A stretch of DNA of 64,000 nt, taken from NCBI GenBank assembly GCA_021842405.1, contig JAKBZR010000004.1:3666-67665 (forward strand), written 5' to 3'. Below the pieces are notes generated by a model. It searched no databases, was not told the origin of the DNA, and saw nothing but the letters and a program-made list of their open reading frames with translations. The stretch comes from a bacterium (GTDB lineage Bacteria > Armatimonadota > Chthonomonadetes > Chthonomonadales > JAMCWF01). Positions 18,590-28,368 of this stretch are shown here, piece by piece. The position numbers and the translations under genes are program-made. The first letter of the stretch is position 1, and each line of letters starts with the position of its first letter.

Positions 18590-18762
18590 GTCGTTGAAGT
18601 TCGCCGCTTCGTCATTCCCGCATGGCTCCACTCCAGTGGAGTGGATGGCGGGAATCCAGCTCCTTGCCTATCGGAAGGCAGGTATGCTGATGTTCTGGAT
18701 TCCGGGTTCCGCTTCGCGGCCCCGGAATGACGAATTGGTAGATGCTTTAGTGTTTTTCAACG
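18590..18762. mobile_element. family-2 hairpin repeat element (TTGTTGAAAAA-type termini, nested ATTCCCGC/GCGGGAAT hairpins)
   Basis: It shares CGTCATTCCCGCATGGCTCCACTCCAGTGGAGTGGATGGCGGGAATCCAG and GGATTCCGGGTTCCGCTTCGCGGCCCCGGAATGACG with the copy at 46591..46756 (opposite orientation). Confidence 0.75.
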
Positions 18763-18817
18763 TCCTGTTAATACGTGCTTGCCAGGTATGAACCGATTTA
18801 ACCGGGAGGAAGATTTG

Positions 18818-20566
18818 ATGGTGAATGTGCGCATGGTGAACCGAGCGGCGGGCTGCCTGCTGCTGGCGGTGGTGGGGCTATTGGCGGTTGGCTGCGGCAG
18901 CAATGGAAGCAACGGCCCTGGTTTGGGAAATGCGACCTTTATCGTCAACTGGCCCGCTCCATCGGCACAGAGCGTTCACAGTATCGAATTGAGCTTATCC
19001 GACGGCGCGCATGTGGTTGCTACCCGAGTCATCAATGCACCCTCGTCCAGCGGCCAAACGAAGAATACGCTTGGGCATCTTCCGATCGGCAACCTGACGG
19101 TTACCGCAACAGCCTACCCCCAGAATGGGGCCGGCGGGAGTCCGATGGGCGCGGTCAATAGTCTGCTGGTCGTCGCTTTAACGCCGACCGCAACCGTCAC
19201 CATCTCACCCGCCGCAACCGTCAGCCAAATCGTCATCAACCCGAGCGGCCCTACGCTGCTCACCGGCCAGATATTGCAACTGATCGCGACCCCGGAAGAT
19301 TCGCAGGGCGATGCGGTGCCGGTGCCGGCCGCCAATCTCACCTGGAGCTCCTCATCATCGGGCGTGGCATCGGTGGATAACACCGGTAAAGTGACCGCCA
19401 ACTCGCTGGGCAACGCTCAGATTACCGCGCAGGAGAGCAACTCGGGAAAGAGCGCGACCATCTCGCTGGCGGTGGTACAGCCGGACGGCGGCAATACGAG
19501 CGGATTGCAGTCGGGCAGCTCATGGCCCATGTTTCAGGCGAACCCCTATCACAGCGGGTTCAATTCAATCTTGGGCCCGCAAACCAACGCGCTGCTTTGG
19601 GATTTTGTGGCGGGCGGCGCCTTCGCCAACTCGGCGCCAGCAATCGGGGCGAACGGTACCCTGTATATCGGCTCGGAAGATCATAACTTATACGCCATCA
19701 ACTCCACCACTGGCGCCGTGAATTGGAAATTCCAGACCAAGGATTGGGTTAATTCAACACCGGCAATCGGGGCGGACGGCACCGTCTACTTCGGCTCAAA
19801 CGACCATAACGTCTATGCGGTGGATGGCGCAACCGGCGCCAAGAAATGGTCGTTCAATACCGGCGATGTGGTTACCTCTTCACCGGTCGTCGGGCCGAAT
19901 GGGACGGTGTACGTCGGCTCGGATGATGATTATGTGTACGCGCTGAACGGCTCAAATGGCAATTTAATTTGGAAATTTAAGGCCGGCAATCTGGTCACCT
20001 CGTCGCCGGCGATCGGTCGAAATGGGCTGATATACGTCGGATCGTGGGATGACAAGCTCTACGCGCTGAATGCAACCAGCGGCGCCCTGGTTTGGTCGCA
20101 CCCGACCGGTGGGTCAATTGAAAACTCACCCGCCATCGGGCCGGACGGCACCGTCTACTTCGGCTCAAACGATTCCAACGTCTATGCGCTGGACGGCAAT
20201 ACCGGCGCCGTAAAGTGGGTCTTTCAAGCTCAGAGCTCCGTTCAGTCCTGCCCCTGCATCGGGCCGGGAGGAACGCTTTACATCTGCTCGCTGGATGGCC
20301 GCCTCTACGCGCTCGATGATATAACCGGCGCACTGAAGTGGGACTACCAGACAGGAGGATCGGTGATCTCCTCGCCGGTTGTGGGCAGCGACGGGACCGT
20401 CTATTTCGGCTCCGAGGACGGCAACGTTTACGCGATCAACGGATCGAACGGCGTTCTCAAGTGGGGCTACTTAACCGGCAACTGGGTGACCGCTTCACCC
20501 GCCATCGGGCCGGACGGCACCGTCTACATCGGCTCATTGGACCATAAGCTATACGCATTCAAGTAA
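18818..20566 (+). CDS. lipoprotein with Ig-like (Big_2-type) domain and PQQ-like beta-propeller (paralog 3)
   Basis: ATG 18818 is preceded by GGGAGGAAG. Lipobox LAVGC. The segment ILQLIATPEDSQGDAVPV...WSSSSSGVASVDNTGKVTANSLGNAQITA is Big_2-like. It is followed by about 8 blades (HNLYAINSTTGAVNWKFQT...). Confidence 0.8.
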   Translation: MVNVRMVNRAAGCLLLAVVGLLAVGCGSNGSNGPGLGNATFIVNWPAPSAQSVHSIELSLSDGAHVVATRVINAPSSSGQTKNTLGHLPIGNLTVTATAYPQNGAGGSPMGAVNSLLVVALTPTATVTISPAATVSQIVINPSGPTLLTGQILQLIATPEDSQGDAVPVPAANLTWSSSSSGVASVDNTGKVTANSLGNAQITAQESNSGKSATISLAVVQPDGGNTSGLQSGSSWPMFQANPYHSGFNSILGPQTNALLWDFVAGGAFANSAPAIGANGTLYIGSEDHNLYAINSTTGAVNWKFQTKDWVNSTPAIGADGTVYFGSNDHNVYAVDGATGAKKWSFNTGDVVTSSPVVGPNGTVYVGSDDDYVYALNGSNGNLIWKFKAGNLVTSSPAIGRNGLIYVGSWDDKLYALNATSGALVWSHPTGGSIENSPAIGPDGTVYFGSNDSNVYALDGNTGAVKWVFQAQSSVQSCPCIGPGGTLYICSLDGRLYALDDITGALKWDYQTGGSVISSPVVGSDGTVYFGSEDGNVYAINGSNGVLKWGYLTGNWVTASPAIGPDGTVYIGSLDHKLYAFK

Positions 20567-20607
20567 GCTTATAAACTATTACTGGGGACATAATATATTA
20601 TACGTCA

Positions 20608-20773
20608 GAAATGAGATTAGCATTCTGGATAATTAAGGCAGGAGCGCCTCACCCCCAATCCTGTAAGAGGGATATGCCGCAATTATCAGCTCCCTCCCCC
20701 CTCGTGGGGGAGGGTTGGGGTGGGGGGGCAACCCATGCTGCTATAAATCATTCACTGAAAGCCGAACTCTTAC
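20608..20773. mobile_element. degenerate family-1 MITE-like element
   Basis: It aligns with the copy at 42280..42415: ...TAATTAAGGCAGGAGCGCC..., CTCCCTCCCCCCTCGTGGGGGAGGGTTGGGGTGGGGG, and right terminus ...GCCGAACTCTTAC. Confidence 0.65.
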
Positions 20774-20838
20774 GACATTATAACGTAGCGATATGAGATG
20801 ATTAAAATGTCGATTATTTTATATCCCCAGTAATAATT

Positions 20839-21192
20839 GTGAATGGGAATGGCATCAGCTCTTTTCGAGCTGGTTTATTAGATGGTGACGCTACTACGCC
20901 GAATGATATATTTTTTGCGCGCGATAACAATGGTCTGTGTGGCGCTGGGGTGAAATCCGGCAACTTCATACCACAAAGCGATAGTCCGCCGGTGGAAGAA
21001 TTATATCCACCCATAAAGTATGAGTGTTCGAGTGGGTATAACAACATACCCTCTGTGCCAAGTGTGTGGCAACCTGAGTTGGTTGATACGTGGATGGTTC
21101 CCGCCGGCGGATCTGTTGAATCGATGTTGCGCTTTATGCATGCTGGAAGTTCTACTCATCCTGTCTGCATCGTCTATAAAAAGGTACAGTAA
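20839..21192 (+). CDS. hypothetical protein in the AT-richer islet
   Basis: 117-aa ORF (GTG start) ending 2 nt before the next gene's ATG. No recognisable motif. The call is weak. Confidence 0.35.
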   Translation: MNGNGISSFRAGLLDGDATTPNDIFFARDNNGLCGAGVKSGNFIPQSDSPPVEELYPPIKYECSSGYNNIPSVPSVWQPELVDTWMVPAGGSVESMLRFMHAGSSTHPVCIVYKKVQ

Positions 21193-21194
21193 AA

Positions 21195-22178
21195 ATGAAA
21201 ATCCGGAATGTGGCGTGGCTGATTTCGCTGGCCTTCCTTTCTATGATGAGCCACGCCGATACTATTACAGAACACCATTATGTTTCAATTAGGATATGGC
21301 GATATCAGTATTATTACTTAGCAGGAGGGATTCTGATCGGCAAAGAAGTGATGGTATCAGCGTTTTGTTTAGTGGCTATGGGTCTAAAGCCGCAATATAA
21401 TTCTTCGAAAGGAACTATCACCGTAATGGACCTCACTAGATCTAATAGTCTGCTACGATTACGGATAGGATCAAAAAAAGCAGTCTTTAATGGGAAACAG
21501 ATCATCTTACCGGTTGCGCCGCGGTTTGCACCCAAAGGTATGTGGTATGATTTCAATGGCGGCATCATAATCCCAATTATTACCATTTCCAAGCTTTATG
21601 GATATACAAATAAATTAGAGAGACTTAGTCGTGGTTCACCGTATTTATGGCTGCAATTATTAGCACCAATCCACTTTACACCTATTCTGGTCAATACTGG
21701 CCCGAAAATGCTGATCCCGGTTTATTTCGATAGTCAATATATTGTTCCTCCTCTAGTGCAACAGGAAGGCAATCTCCGTATTGAGGCAAAACTATTTTTC
21801 TGGGGATTTCGCCCTTACCGACCCGAAGAATCTCACCATCCCGGCGTAGACATACTCGAAAGACATACACCAGGACCGGATATGGGATTTAGTGTAGATA
21901 TTAGGATCAAGAACAATGGAAATAAAACATATCCAGCCAACAATAAATATATCTTCATTGAAATGGCTGATGGTAGTATATATGCAAGTGGTGGAGGTTA
22001 TGGAGCCGCACATGTTCATTCTGCTTCTGTTCCCCCACACGGAGGAGAAAAGTCGGTTGGTACATCACAATTCAGTATTGTTCCTGGAGTGCAGCCACCA
22101 ATCGCAAAAATCATTTACGACGATGGTGTTCATTGTTTCGTCTGGCATGTAACGTATAACAAACCATCAAATCTATGA
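21195..22178 (+). CDS. hypothetical secreted protein with a copper-amine-oxidase-N-terminal-like (stalk) segment
   Basis: Signal peptide MKIRNVAWLISLAFLSMMSHA. The segment KGTITVMDLTRSNSLLRLRIGSKKAVFNGKQIILPVAP resembles the Cu_amine_oxidN1 repeat. The C-terminal half is unknown. Confidence 0.6.
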   Translation: MKIRNVAWLISLAFLSMMSHADTITEHHYVSIRIWRYQYYYLAGGILIGKEVMVSAFCLVAMGLKPQYNSSKGTITVMDLTRSNSLLRLRIGSKKAVFNGKQIILPVAPRFAPKGMWYDFNGGIIIPIITISKLYGYTNKLERLSRGSPYLWLQLLAPIHFTPILVNTGPKMLIPVYFDSQYIVPPLVQQEGNLRIEAKLFFWGFRPYRPEESHHPGVDILERHTPGPDMGFSVDIRIKNNGNKTYPANNKYIFIEMADGSIYASGGGYGAAHVHSASVPPHGGEKSVGTSQFSIVPGVQPPIAKIIYDDGVHCFVWHVTYNKPSNL

Positions 22179-22306
22179 TGAGAAGAACTGTAAGGAAAAA
22201 CAGCAAGTGTCACGTTTGCTCTGGATCGGCGCCGTTTTCCTTATCAAGAGGCATTCCATAGCCGATAAATGATATTTTTGATCATCGCCTTTAAAGGAAA
22301 TACGAT

Positions 22307-23308
22307 ATGAGGACATTATACCGGAATTCACATTCTCCATTGCCGGCGCGCATGGAGCAATTAGAGCTACCAATATTCTCTACGGCAGGTGAGGAAAAGG
22401 AAGTGGAGATTTTAGAAGAGAAGGTTGCGAGGCAGGAACGGGGTCTCTCCCCGATTTATCTGGATGGCCCCGCTATGAGTGAAAAGATCGTCGTCCTGCG
22501 TCGCCCCACACATCGCCGTCACATCGTCTTCGGCTGGTATGGTGGCAAATTCAGTCATTTGGATTGGCTTCTTCCTCTGTTACCCTATACTCATTGCTAC
22601 TGTGAACCGTTTTCCGGATCTGCTGCCGTACTTTTAAACCGCACTGCATCCCCGGTTGAAACCTACAACGACATTGACGGAGAGGTGGTCAATTTTTTCA
22701 GGGTGCTTCGTGATTTTTCCGATGATCTGATTCGGGTGATTGCTCTCACTCCTTTTTCACGCGAGGAGTTCCATCTAGCCATCAATGGAAGCAAGCAAAG
22801 CATTAGCGAGGTGGAAAGGGCAAGGCGATTTTATATTAGAGCTCGCCAAGCGCGTACCGGCTTAGCTCAGACCGCCACGCTTGGCCGCTGGGCCAACTGC
22901 AAAAATACCAGCCGGGCGGGAATGTCTGGAGTTGTTTCACGATGGCTTGGCGGCGTAGAAGATTTACAAGATATCGCCAAAAGGCTCTTGCGTGTGCAGA
23001 TCGAGAATCGTCCCGCCGTTGAAATTATCCGTCTCTATGACAGCGCGGACATCCTCTTCTACTGCGATCCACCATACTTACATATGACGCGAGGCGACAG
23101 TAAAGCCTATGGCTTCGAAATGGACTTGGATCAGCACGATCAGCTATCTCAAGCACTCAATGAATGTAGCGGCAAAGTCGCCATCTCGGGTTATCGTTGC
23201 GATGTTATGGATACGTGGTATAAAGAATGGCGTCGATTCGACGCACCGGTGAAGCGATGCCATTCAATCAAACAGCCACGCCAAGAATGCCTTTGGATGA
23301 ATTACTAA
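22307..23308 (+). CDS. DNA N6-adenine methyltransferase, D12 (Dam-like) class, no adjacent endonuclease
   Basis: Catalytic DPPY (FYCDPPYLH) and N-terminal WYGGKFSHLDWLLPLLP...EPFSGSAAV motifs. The methylase core starts near ATG 22475, so the 56-aa N-terminal extension is uncertain. Confidence 0.8.
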   Translation: MRTLYRNSHSPLPARMEQLELPIFSTAGEEKEVEILEEKVARQERGLSPIYLDGPAMSEKIVVLRRPTHRRHIVFGWYGGKFSHLDWLLPLLPYTHCYCEPFSGSAAVLLNRTASPVETYNDIDGEVVNFFRVLRDFSDDLIRVIALTPFSREEFHLAINGSKQSISEVERARRFYIRARQARTGLAQTATLGRWANCKNTSRAGMSGVVSRWLGGVEDLQDIAKRLLRVQIENRPAVEIIRLYDSADILFYCDPPYLHMTRGDSKAYGFEMDLDQHDQLSQALNECSGKVAISGYRCDVMDTWYKEWRRFDAPVKRCHSIKQPRQECLWMNY

Positions 23309-23516
23309 TAGATGTCAACCTTGGATTATGAGAAAGCAGCCAAAGTTCTCACTACTTTATTCACGGAGGCAGAATGATATTCACTCAAGAAATTCTCGCC
23401 CTTTTCGATACCAAAGATGTTCCCGCTTCGGTTAAAGTAGCGTGGAATGATATAGTTAAAGATTTGGTAGGGCTATAATTTCGTATTAAGGACTGTTCCT
23501 TTAATCACTGACGAGA

Positions 23517-24320
23517 ATGAGAACTAATGAGCCGCCCGCAACCCGTTTAAGGCCGCCCCGCTTCGGCAAAACGCTTCAGCGCTCCATTCGGGAGACCTGG
23601 AACCATCTGGGTACCGTAATGGTGGTGAATTGCGCCGTTTTCATCGCCATTACGGTGACACCAAGCGCCGCCGATTTTTTAATCGCTCACACCGGCATTG
23701 CAGGCTGGTTTTTCCTCGTTGGGGTCGAAATGGCGCTGGCCGCCTTCTGCTTCGGCCTCCTCGCATCCTTTGCCCGTAAGCTGTTGGCCAGAGAGGAAAT
23801 TACCCTGGCTTCACTCTGGCTCGACGGCCGGCGACTGTTTTGGTTGTCGCTCCGGGTTGCACTGCTGGACGCCATCATCATCGGCATATTGATCGCAAAC
23901 ACCATCTTTTACTTCACCCGGTTCACCTTGATTGGGAGCGCGCTTGCTTTTTTCATCTTCGATATGCTCATCTTTGCTTTTGCCCTCGGATATCTCCAGC
24001 CGGCCGTGCTGGCCGATGCTGATAGCGAGCAAGCGAAGGGCGCGACGAGTGAGAAGATCGGCCCGGTAGCCATTCTGCGGCGATCGGGGCTGATTTTTTT
24101 ACTGGAATCGAAGTTTGTTTTTGCCAGTTACGTGCTAACCGCCCTCATGGGGGTCATTCTGCTGGTTTCCATCATCGGCCTGCCCATCATCGGCTTCGGA
24201 TTTGCCGCCATCTATATCACGTGCGTTCACCAGGAAATCATGGCCTGTTACGGTCTGGCGCCCGAGCCGTTCGACCCCTCCAAGCCGGTAGAGGATGACT
24301 GGAAGGGGATTGCCGGGTGA
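23517..24320 (+). CDS. hypothetical polytopic membrane protein
   Basis: 267-aa ORF with about 6 hydrophobic helices. Its stop overlaps the next gene's start by 4 nt. Confidence 0.6.
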   Translation: MRTNEPPATRLRPPRFGKTLQRSIRETWNHLGTVMVVNCAVFIAITVTPSAADFLIAHTGIAGWFFLVGVEMALAAFCFGLLASFARKLLAREEITLASLWLDGRRLFWLSLRVALLDAIIIGILIANTIFYFTRFTLIGSALAFFIFDMLIFAFALGYLQPAVLADADSEQAKGATSEKIGPVAILRRSGLIFLLESKFVFASYVLTALMGVILLVSIIGLPIIGFGFAAIYITCVHQEIMACYGLAPEPFDPSKPVEDDWKGIAG

Positions 24321-26779
24321 AGCCCGCTCAACCCGCCACCTCCCCGCGCCGAAACGACTGGATCGCCTGCCTCCTCATTTTACTGTTTACCGTCATCTAC
24401 TATGCGCCCGTTATCTTTGAAGGGAAAGCGCTGCTTCCCACCCAGGTCGTGCTCTACACCGAGCCATGGAAAGCCCACATCGGCGCTCAACTCTCAGGCC
24501 GCGATCTGCGCCAGACCCCGTTGCTGGGACCGATGTTGGAATACTACTGTTGGCGGGCGGTGGAGCGTAAAATGGTTCGGCAGGGAGTGGCGCCCCTCTG
24601 GAATCCGTATGAGTTTGGCGGCAACGTCTTGCTGGCCAACAATCAGTCAGCGCCCTACTACCCGTTGAACTTATTGATCTATCTGCTGCCGCTCTGGGTC
24701 GCCCTCAACTGGATTGCAATTTTACAAACCTTGATCACCGGGCTGGCCGCCTACGGCCTGCTCCGCCTACACCGGCTGCACCCGATCTCCGCCCTCACCG
24801 GCGCCCTGGCCTGGATGTTTTGCGCCCTCCAGATCGTTTGGCTGGAGTTTCAGACGCCCACCGCCGCCCTCTGCTGGCTGCCGGTCGCTCTTCTGGGTTG
24901 GGAGTATGGGCGGCAACGGAATCGGTGGCAATGGCAGGTGATGGGCGCCGGCGCCGCCTTGGGTTTGTCGCTGCTGGCGGGCCACCTTCAATTCAGCTTT
25001 TATGTCGGCATGGCGCTGGTTCTTTACGCGCTGATCGTTTCCACCGGAATGGGTAAAAGGGAGTATGGGCGGCAAGTGATTTTGCTGGCGGGGGCGATCA
25101 TCTTCAGCATCGCCTTGGCTTCAGTGGAGCTGCTGCCGACTTTCGAGATGGGGCGGATTAATTTCCGCGCCGTCCCGCGCTCCTACCCAGAAAGCATTGC
25201 CCTACGATTGCCGCCGATCAACCTGTTAACTTTACTGCTGCCCAATTTTTTAGGAAGCCAGGCCCTGCTCCAACAGAATCAGTACTACTGGGGCGCCTTT
25301 AACTTCATTGAATATGCAACCTATTTAGGCATTCCATGCCTGCTTTTTGCGCTGATCGGCTGCTGGTGGGATAAAAAAACGGCTACTGAAACCCCGTCCG
25401 GAGTTCGCGGTTGGTTGGCATTCGTTGTGTTGGCTATCGTAGGGCTGCTGCTCGCACTCGGCACGCCATTGTGTGCGATCTTGTTTTATCTGATGCCCGG
25501 CTATCGCCAGTTTAATGCGACCGCCCGGGCGCTGTGCCTCTTTAGCTTTGGAATGGCCGCGCTGGCTGGTTACGGTGTGCAACAGCTTATCAACCAGTTG
25601 CCCGCCGAGGGTAAATCGCTGAAATCCTTCTATCTCCGCGTCGGATGGACCGCGTTTGGAGTTGGACTTGCCGCCCTGTTTACCTTTCCCGGACTCGGTT
25701 TGAAGATTCAGCATCTCTTTACCAATTTACGTTGGACCTTTGAATGGGATCAGTTGGCGCGCTGTCTGATTGCACTGGTCATCACCCTATTGGCGATTCG
25801 GGCGGCCCGGCGGTGGCAAGTCGTGTGCTGGTTCTTCCCGGTGCTAGCGGCCGCCGATCTGCTGGTCTGGAGCGCCGGCTTTAATCCGATGACCGATCCG
25901 GCGAATCTCTTTCCCCCCACCCAGCTTACGCGGCAGTTGCCGGCTATGGCGGGCAACGCCCGCATCCTTAGCCTCAAGCCATCGCCTCTGCAACCGCTGG
26001 AATATCTGGTGCCGAACTTCAACGCGGTGCTTGGTTTGCGGGAGGTGCAGGGCTCCGATTCGGTGCACTCCATCCGATACCACCGCCTGATGGTTCGCAT
26101 CGAGGAGCGGATGAGCGGCCGCCCAGCCCACTTTAGCGATGACATTCACCTCACCTCAGCCGATGACCCGCTGCTGAATATGCTGGGGGTGAAGTATGTC
26201 GTGACCCGCCGCATACTTAATTCCAATAACCTCCGGCTGGTAGCTCCGCTCTCAATGAACATCTATCGAAATATGACGGCATACCCATCGGTGTGGATCG
26301 TTCACTCGGCGCTTAGCGCGTCGGACGGTAATGTCGCACTGAATACAATGATGGCTGCCAATTTTAATCCCCGTCTCGAGGCGGTAGTGGAAGGGAGAGG
26401 CTTCCCGGTACTGCAGCCCGTATCATCCAGATCCTCCGAGCGGGCGGCATTAGTGTCATTTACTCCGACCCGAGTCGTGTACAAAGCTCATTGCAAGGCG
26501 AAAGGGTTACTGGTCTGCTCCGAGATGGCGCTGCCGGGCTGGAAAGTAACGGTTGACGGCCGGCCGGCTCACCTTTGGCTGACCGATTACGTGTTGCGCG
26601 GGGTGGTTTTGTCACGGGGTGCGCATCGGGTCGTATTTCGTTATCAGCCGTCTTCGTATCGGTTCGGCCTCTATCTCAGCTTGATAGCGATCGGGGTTTT
26701 GCTGGGGTGGATCGGTTATGGCTGGAGCGGCCGGATATATCGAGCTCGAAATGCCGCCGCAACATTGAAAATCGGATAA
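24317..26779 (+). CDS. large polytopic membrane protein, YfhO-like (putative glycosyl-transfer/glycan-modifying)
   Basis: 820 aa. About 12 or more N-terminal TM helices, a soluble C-terminal domain and a terminal TM, the architecture typical of YfhO-family proteins. The family assignment is by resemblance only. Confidence 0.5.
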   Translation: MKPAQPATSPRRNDWIACLLILLFTVIYYAPVIFEGKALLPTQVVLYTEPWKAHIGAQLSGRDLRQTPLLGPMLEYYCWRAVERKMVRQGVAPLWNPYEFGGNVLLANNQSAPYYPLNLLIYLLPLWVALNWIAILQTLITGLAAYGLLRLHRLHPISALTGALAWMFCALQIVWLEFQTPTAALCWLPVALLGWEYGRQRNRWQWQVMGAGAALGLSLLAGHLQFSFYVGMALVLYALIVSTGMGKREYGRQVILLAGAIIFSIALASVELLPTFEMGRINFRAVPRSYPESIALRLPPINLLTLLLPNFLGSQALLQQNQYYWGAFNFIEYATYLGIPCLLFALIGCWWDKKTATETPSGVRGWLAFVVLAIVGLLLALGTPLCAILFYLMPGYRQFNATARALCLFSFGMAALAGYGVQQLINQLPAEGKSLKSFYLRVGWTAFGVGLAALFTFPGLGLKIQHLFTNLRWTFEWDQLARCLIALVITLLAIRAARRWQVVCWFFPVLAAADLLVWSAGFNPMTDPANLFPPTQLTRQLPAMAGNARILSLKPSPLQPLEYLVPNFNAVLGLREVQGSDSVHSIRYHRLMVRIEERMSGRPAHFSDDIHLTSADDPLLNMLGVKYVVTRRILNSNNLRLVAPLSMNIYRNMTAYPSVWIVHSALSASDGNVALNTMMAANFNPRLEAVVEGRGFPVLQPVSSRSSERAALVSFTPTRVVYKAHCKAKGLLVCSEMALPGWKVTVDGRPAHLWLTDYVLRGVVLSRGAHRVVFRYQPSSYRFGLYLSLIAIGVLLGWIGYGWSGRIYRARNAAATLKIG

Positions 26780-26856
26780 ATTTACAAGACTTTGCCAATC
26801 CGCATCCGGCTCCGGTTGCCCATAACGTATAATAGAGGTAAATGAGTTATCGAGTC

Positions 26857-27130
26857 GAATGAGTTCAGTTTTGCGGAAAATAAAAGGTTAACAGGTAAAT
26901 CACCTCACCCCCTAACCCCCTCTCCGAGCTCTCGGAGAGGGGGAATCGGAAGCGGGAGGAAATGGGTGGCACCCTCCCCCGTAAACGGGGGAGGGGATTA
27001 AGAGGGACTGGGGGGGCAAGATAAAAGCACCGCCGCTAAACTCCCACCCCCCTCGGGGGAGGGCTGGCCTGCCTGCTGCAGGCAGGGGTGGGGGCGAACG
27101 AAAATTATTCCCGCAAAACTGAACTCTTAC
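26857..27130. mobile_element. family-1 MITE-like element, 23 bp upstream of trpB
   Basis: The left terminus is GAATGAGTTCAGTTTTGCGG. The right terminus in reverse complement is GGTAAGAGTTCAGTTTTGCGGGAATAATTTTCGTTCGCCCCCACCCC. The interior has hairpins CCCCCTCTCCGAGCTCTCGGAGAGGGGG, CCCTCCCCCGTAAACGGGGGAGGG and CCTGCCTGCTGCAGGCAGG. Confidence 0.8.
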
Positions 27131-27153
27131 CAATCTGAAAGAGTAAGCTGGAA

Positions 27154-28368
27154 TTGAAATCACCATCAACGATAACCCTGCCCGATGCACGCGGCCATTT
27201 CGGCGATTTCGGCGGTCGCTTTGTGCCTGAAACGTTAGTGCCGGCATTGGATGAGCTTGAGTCTGCTTATGAAGGCGCACTGGCGGACCCCCAGTTCAGT
27301 CGGGAATTTGAAGACCTGCTCCACCATTACGTGGGCCGGCCCACCCCTCTGTATTTCGCGGAACGGCTCACCACCGAATTGGGAAAACTCCGAATTTATC
27401 TCAAGCGGGAAGACCTCTGTCATACCGGCGCTCATAAAATCAACAACACGCTGGGACAGATTTTATTGGCCCGCCGAATGGGTAAGCCGCGCATTATCGC
27501 CGAAACGGGCGCCGGCCAGCACGGAGTGGCCACCGCCACCGTGTGCGCGCGATTTGGCTTCCAGTGCGATATCTACATGGGTACCGAGGATATTGAGCGG
27601 CAGGCGCTGAACGTGGTGCGGATGAAGCTGTTGGGCGCACGGGTCATTCCGGTCGGCTCCGGAAGCTGCACTTTAAAGGATGCCACCAATGAGGCGATGC
27701 GCGATTGGGTCAGCAGCGTGCGAACGACCCACTACATCATCGGGTCAGTGGTTGGGCCTCATCCTTATCCGATGATGGTGCGCAACTTCCAATCGGTAAT
27801 CGGCCATGAAGCGCGCCGTCAAATATTGGAGATGGAGGGCCGGCTTCCCGATTACGTGGTGGCGTGCGTGGGCGGCGGCTCCAACGCGATCGGGTTATTT
27901 CATCCGTTTTTAGAGGATGTGTCGGTCAAGCTGATCGGAGTGGAAGCGGCTGGCGCCGGGCTCTTGTCGAACAAGCACTGCGCCACCCTGACGGCCGGCT
28001 CACCCGGCGTGCTGCACGGCTGCGTGAGCTATCTGCTGCAAGATGAGAACGGCCAGGTGCTGCCCACTCACTCCATCTCGGCCGGCCTCGATTATCCCGG
28101 CGTCGGCCCGGAGCACTCACATCTGAAGCGCACCGGCCGCGCCCGATATGTGACGGTCACCGATGCCGAAGCGATGGAGGGCTTTAAATGGCTGGCTCAA
28201 TCCGAAGGGATTATACCGGCCCTGGAATCGGCTCATGCCGTCGCCTACCTGAAAAAGATGAAGTCGGAGCTGCCGGGAGATGCGATTGTGGTGGTCAACC
28301 TGTCGGGACGCGGTGACAAGGATGTGGATACCGCCGCCCGGGAGCTGAAGATCGAGGATACCGAATAA
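27154..28368 (+). CDS. trpB: tryptophan synthase beta chain
   Basis: [19 protein letters not shown], the PLP-lysine region HTGAHKINN, and GGGSNAIG. Confidence 0.95.
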   Translation: MKSPSTITLPDARGHFGDFGGRFVPETLVPALDELESAYEGALADPQFSREFEDLLHHYVGRPTPLYFAERLTTELGKLRIYLKREDLCHTGAHKINNTLGQILLARRMGKPRIIAETGAGQHGVATATVCARFGFQCDIYMGTEDIERQALNVVRMKLLGARVIPVGSGSCTLKDATNEAMRDWVSSVRTTHYIIGSVVGPHPYPMMVRNFQSVIGHEARRQILEMEGRLPDYVVACVGGGSNAIGLFHPFLEDVSVKLIGVEAAGAGLLSNKHCATLTAGSPGVLHGCVSYLLQDENGQVLPTHSISAGLDYPGVGPEHSHLKRTGRARYVTVTDAEAMEGFKWLAQSEGIIPALESAHAVAYLKKMKSELPGDAIVVVNLSGRGDKDVDTAARELKIEDTE

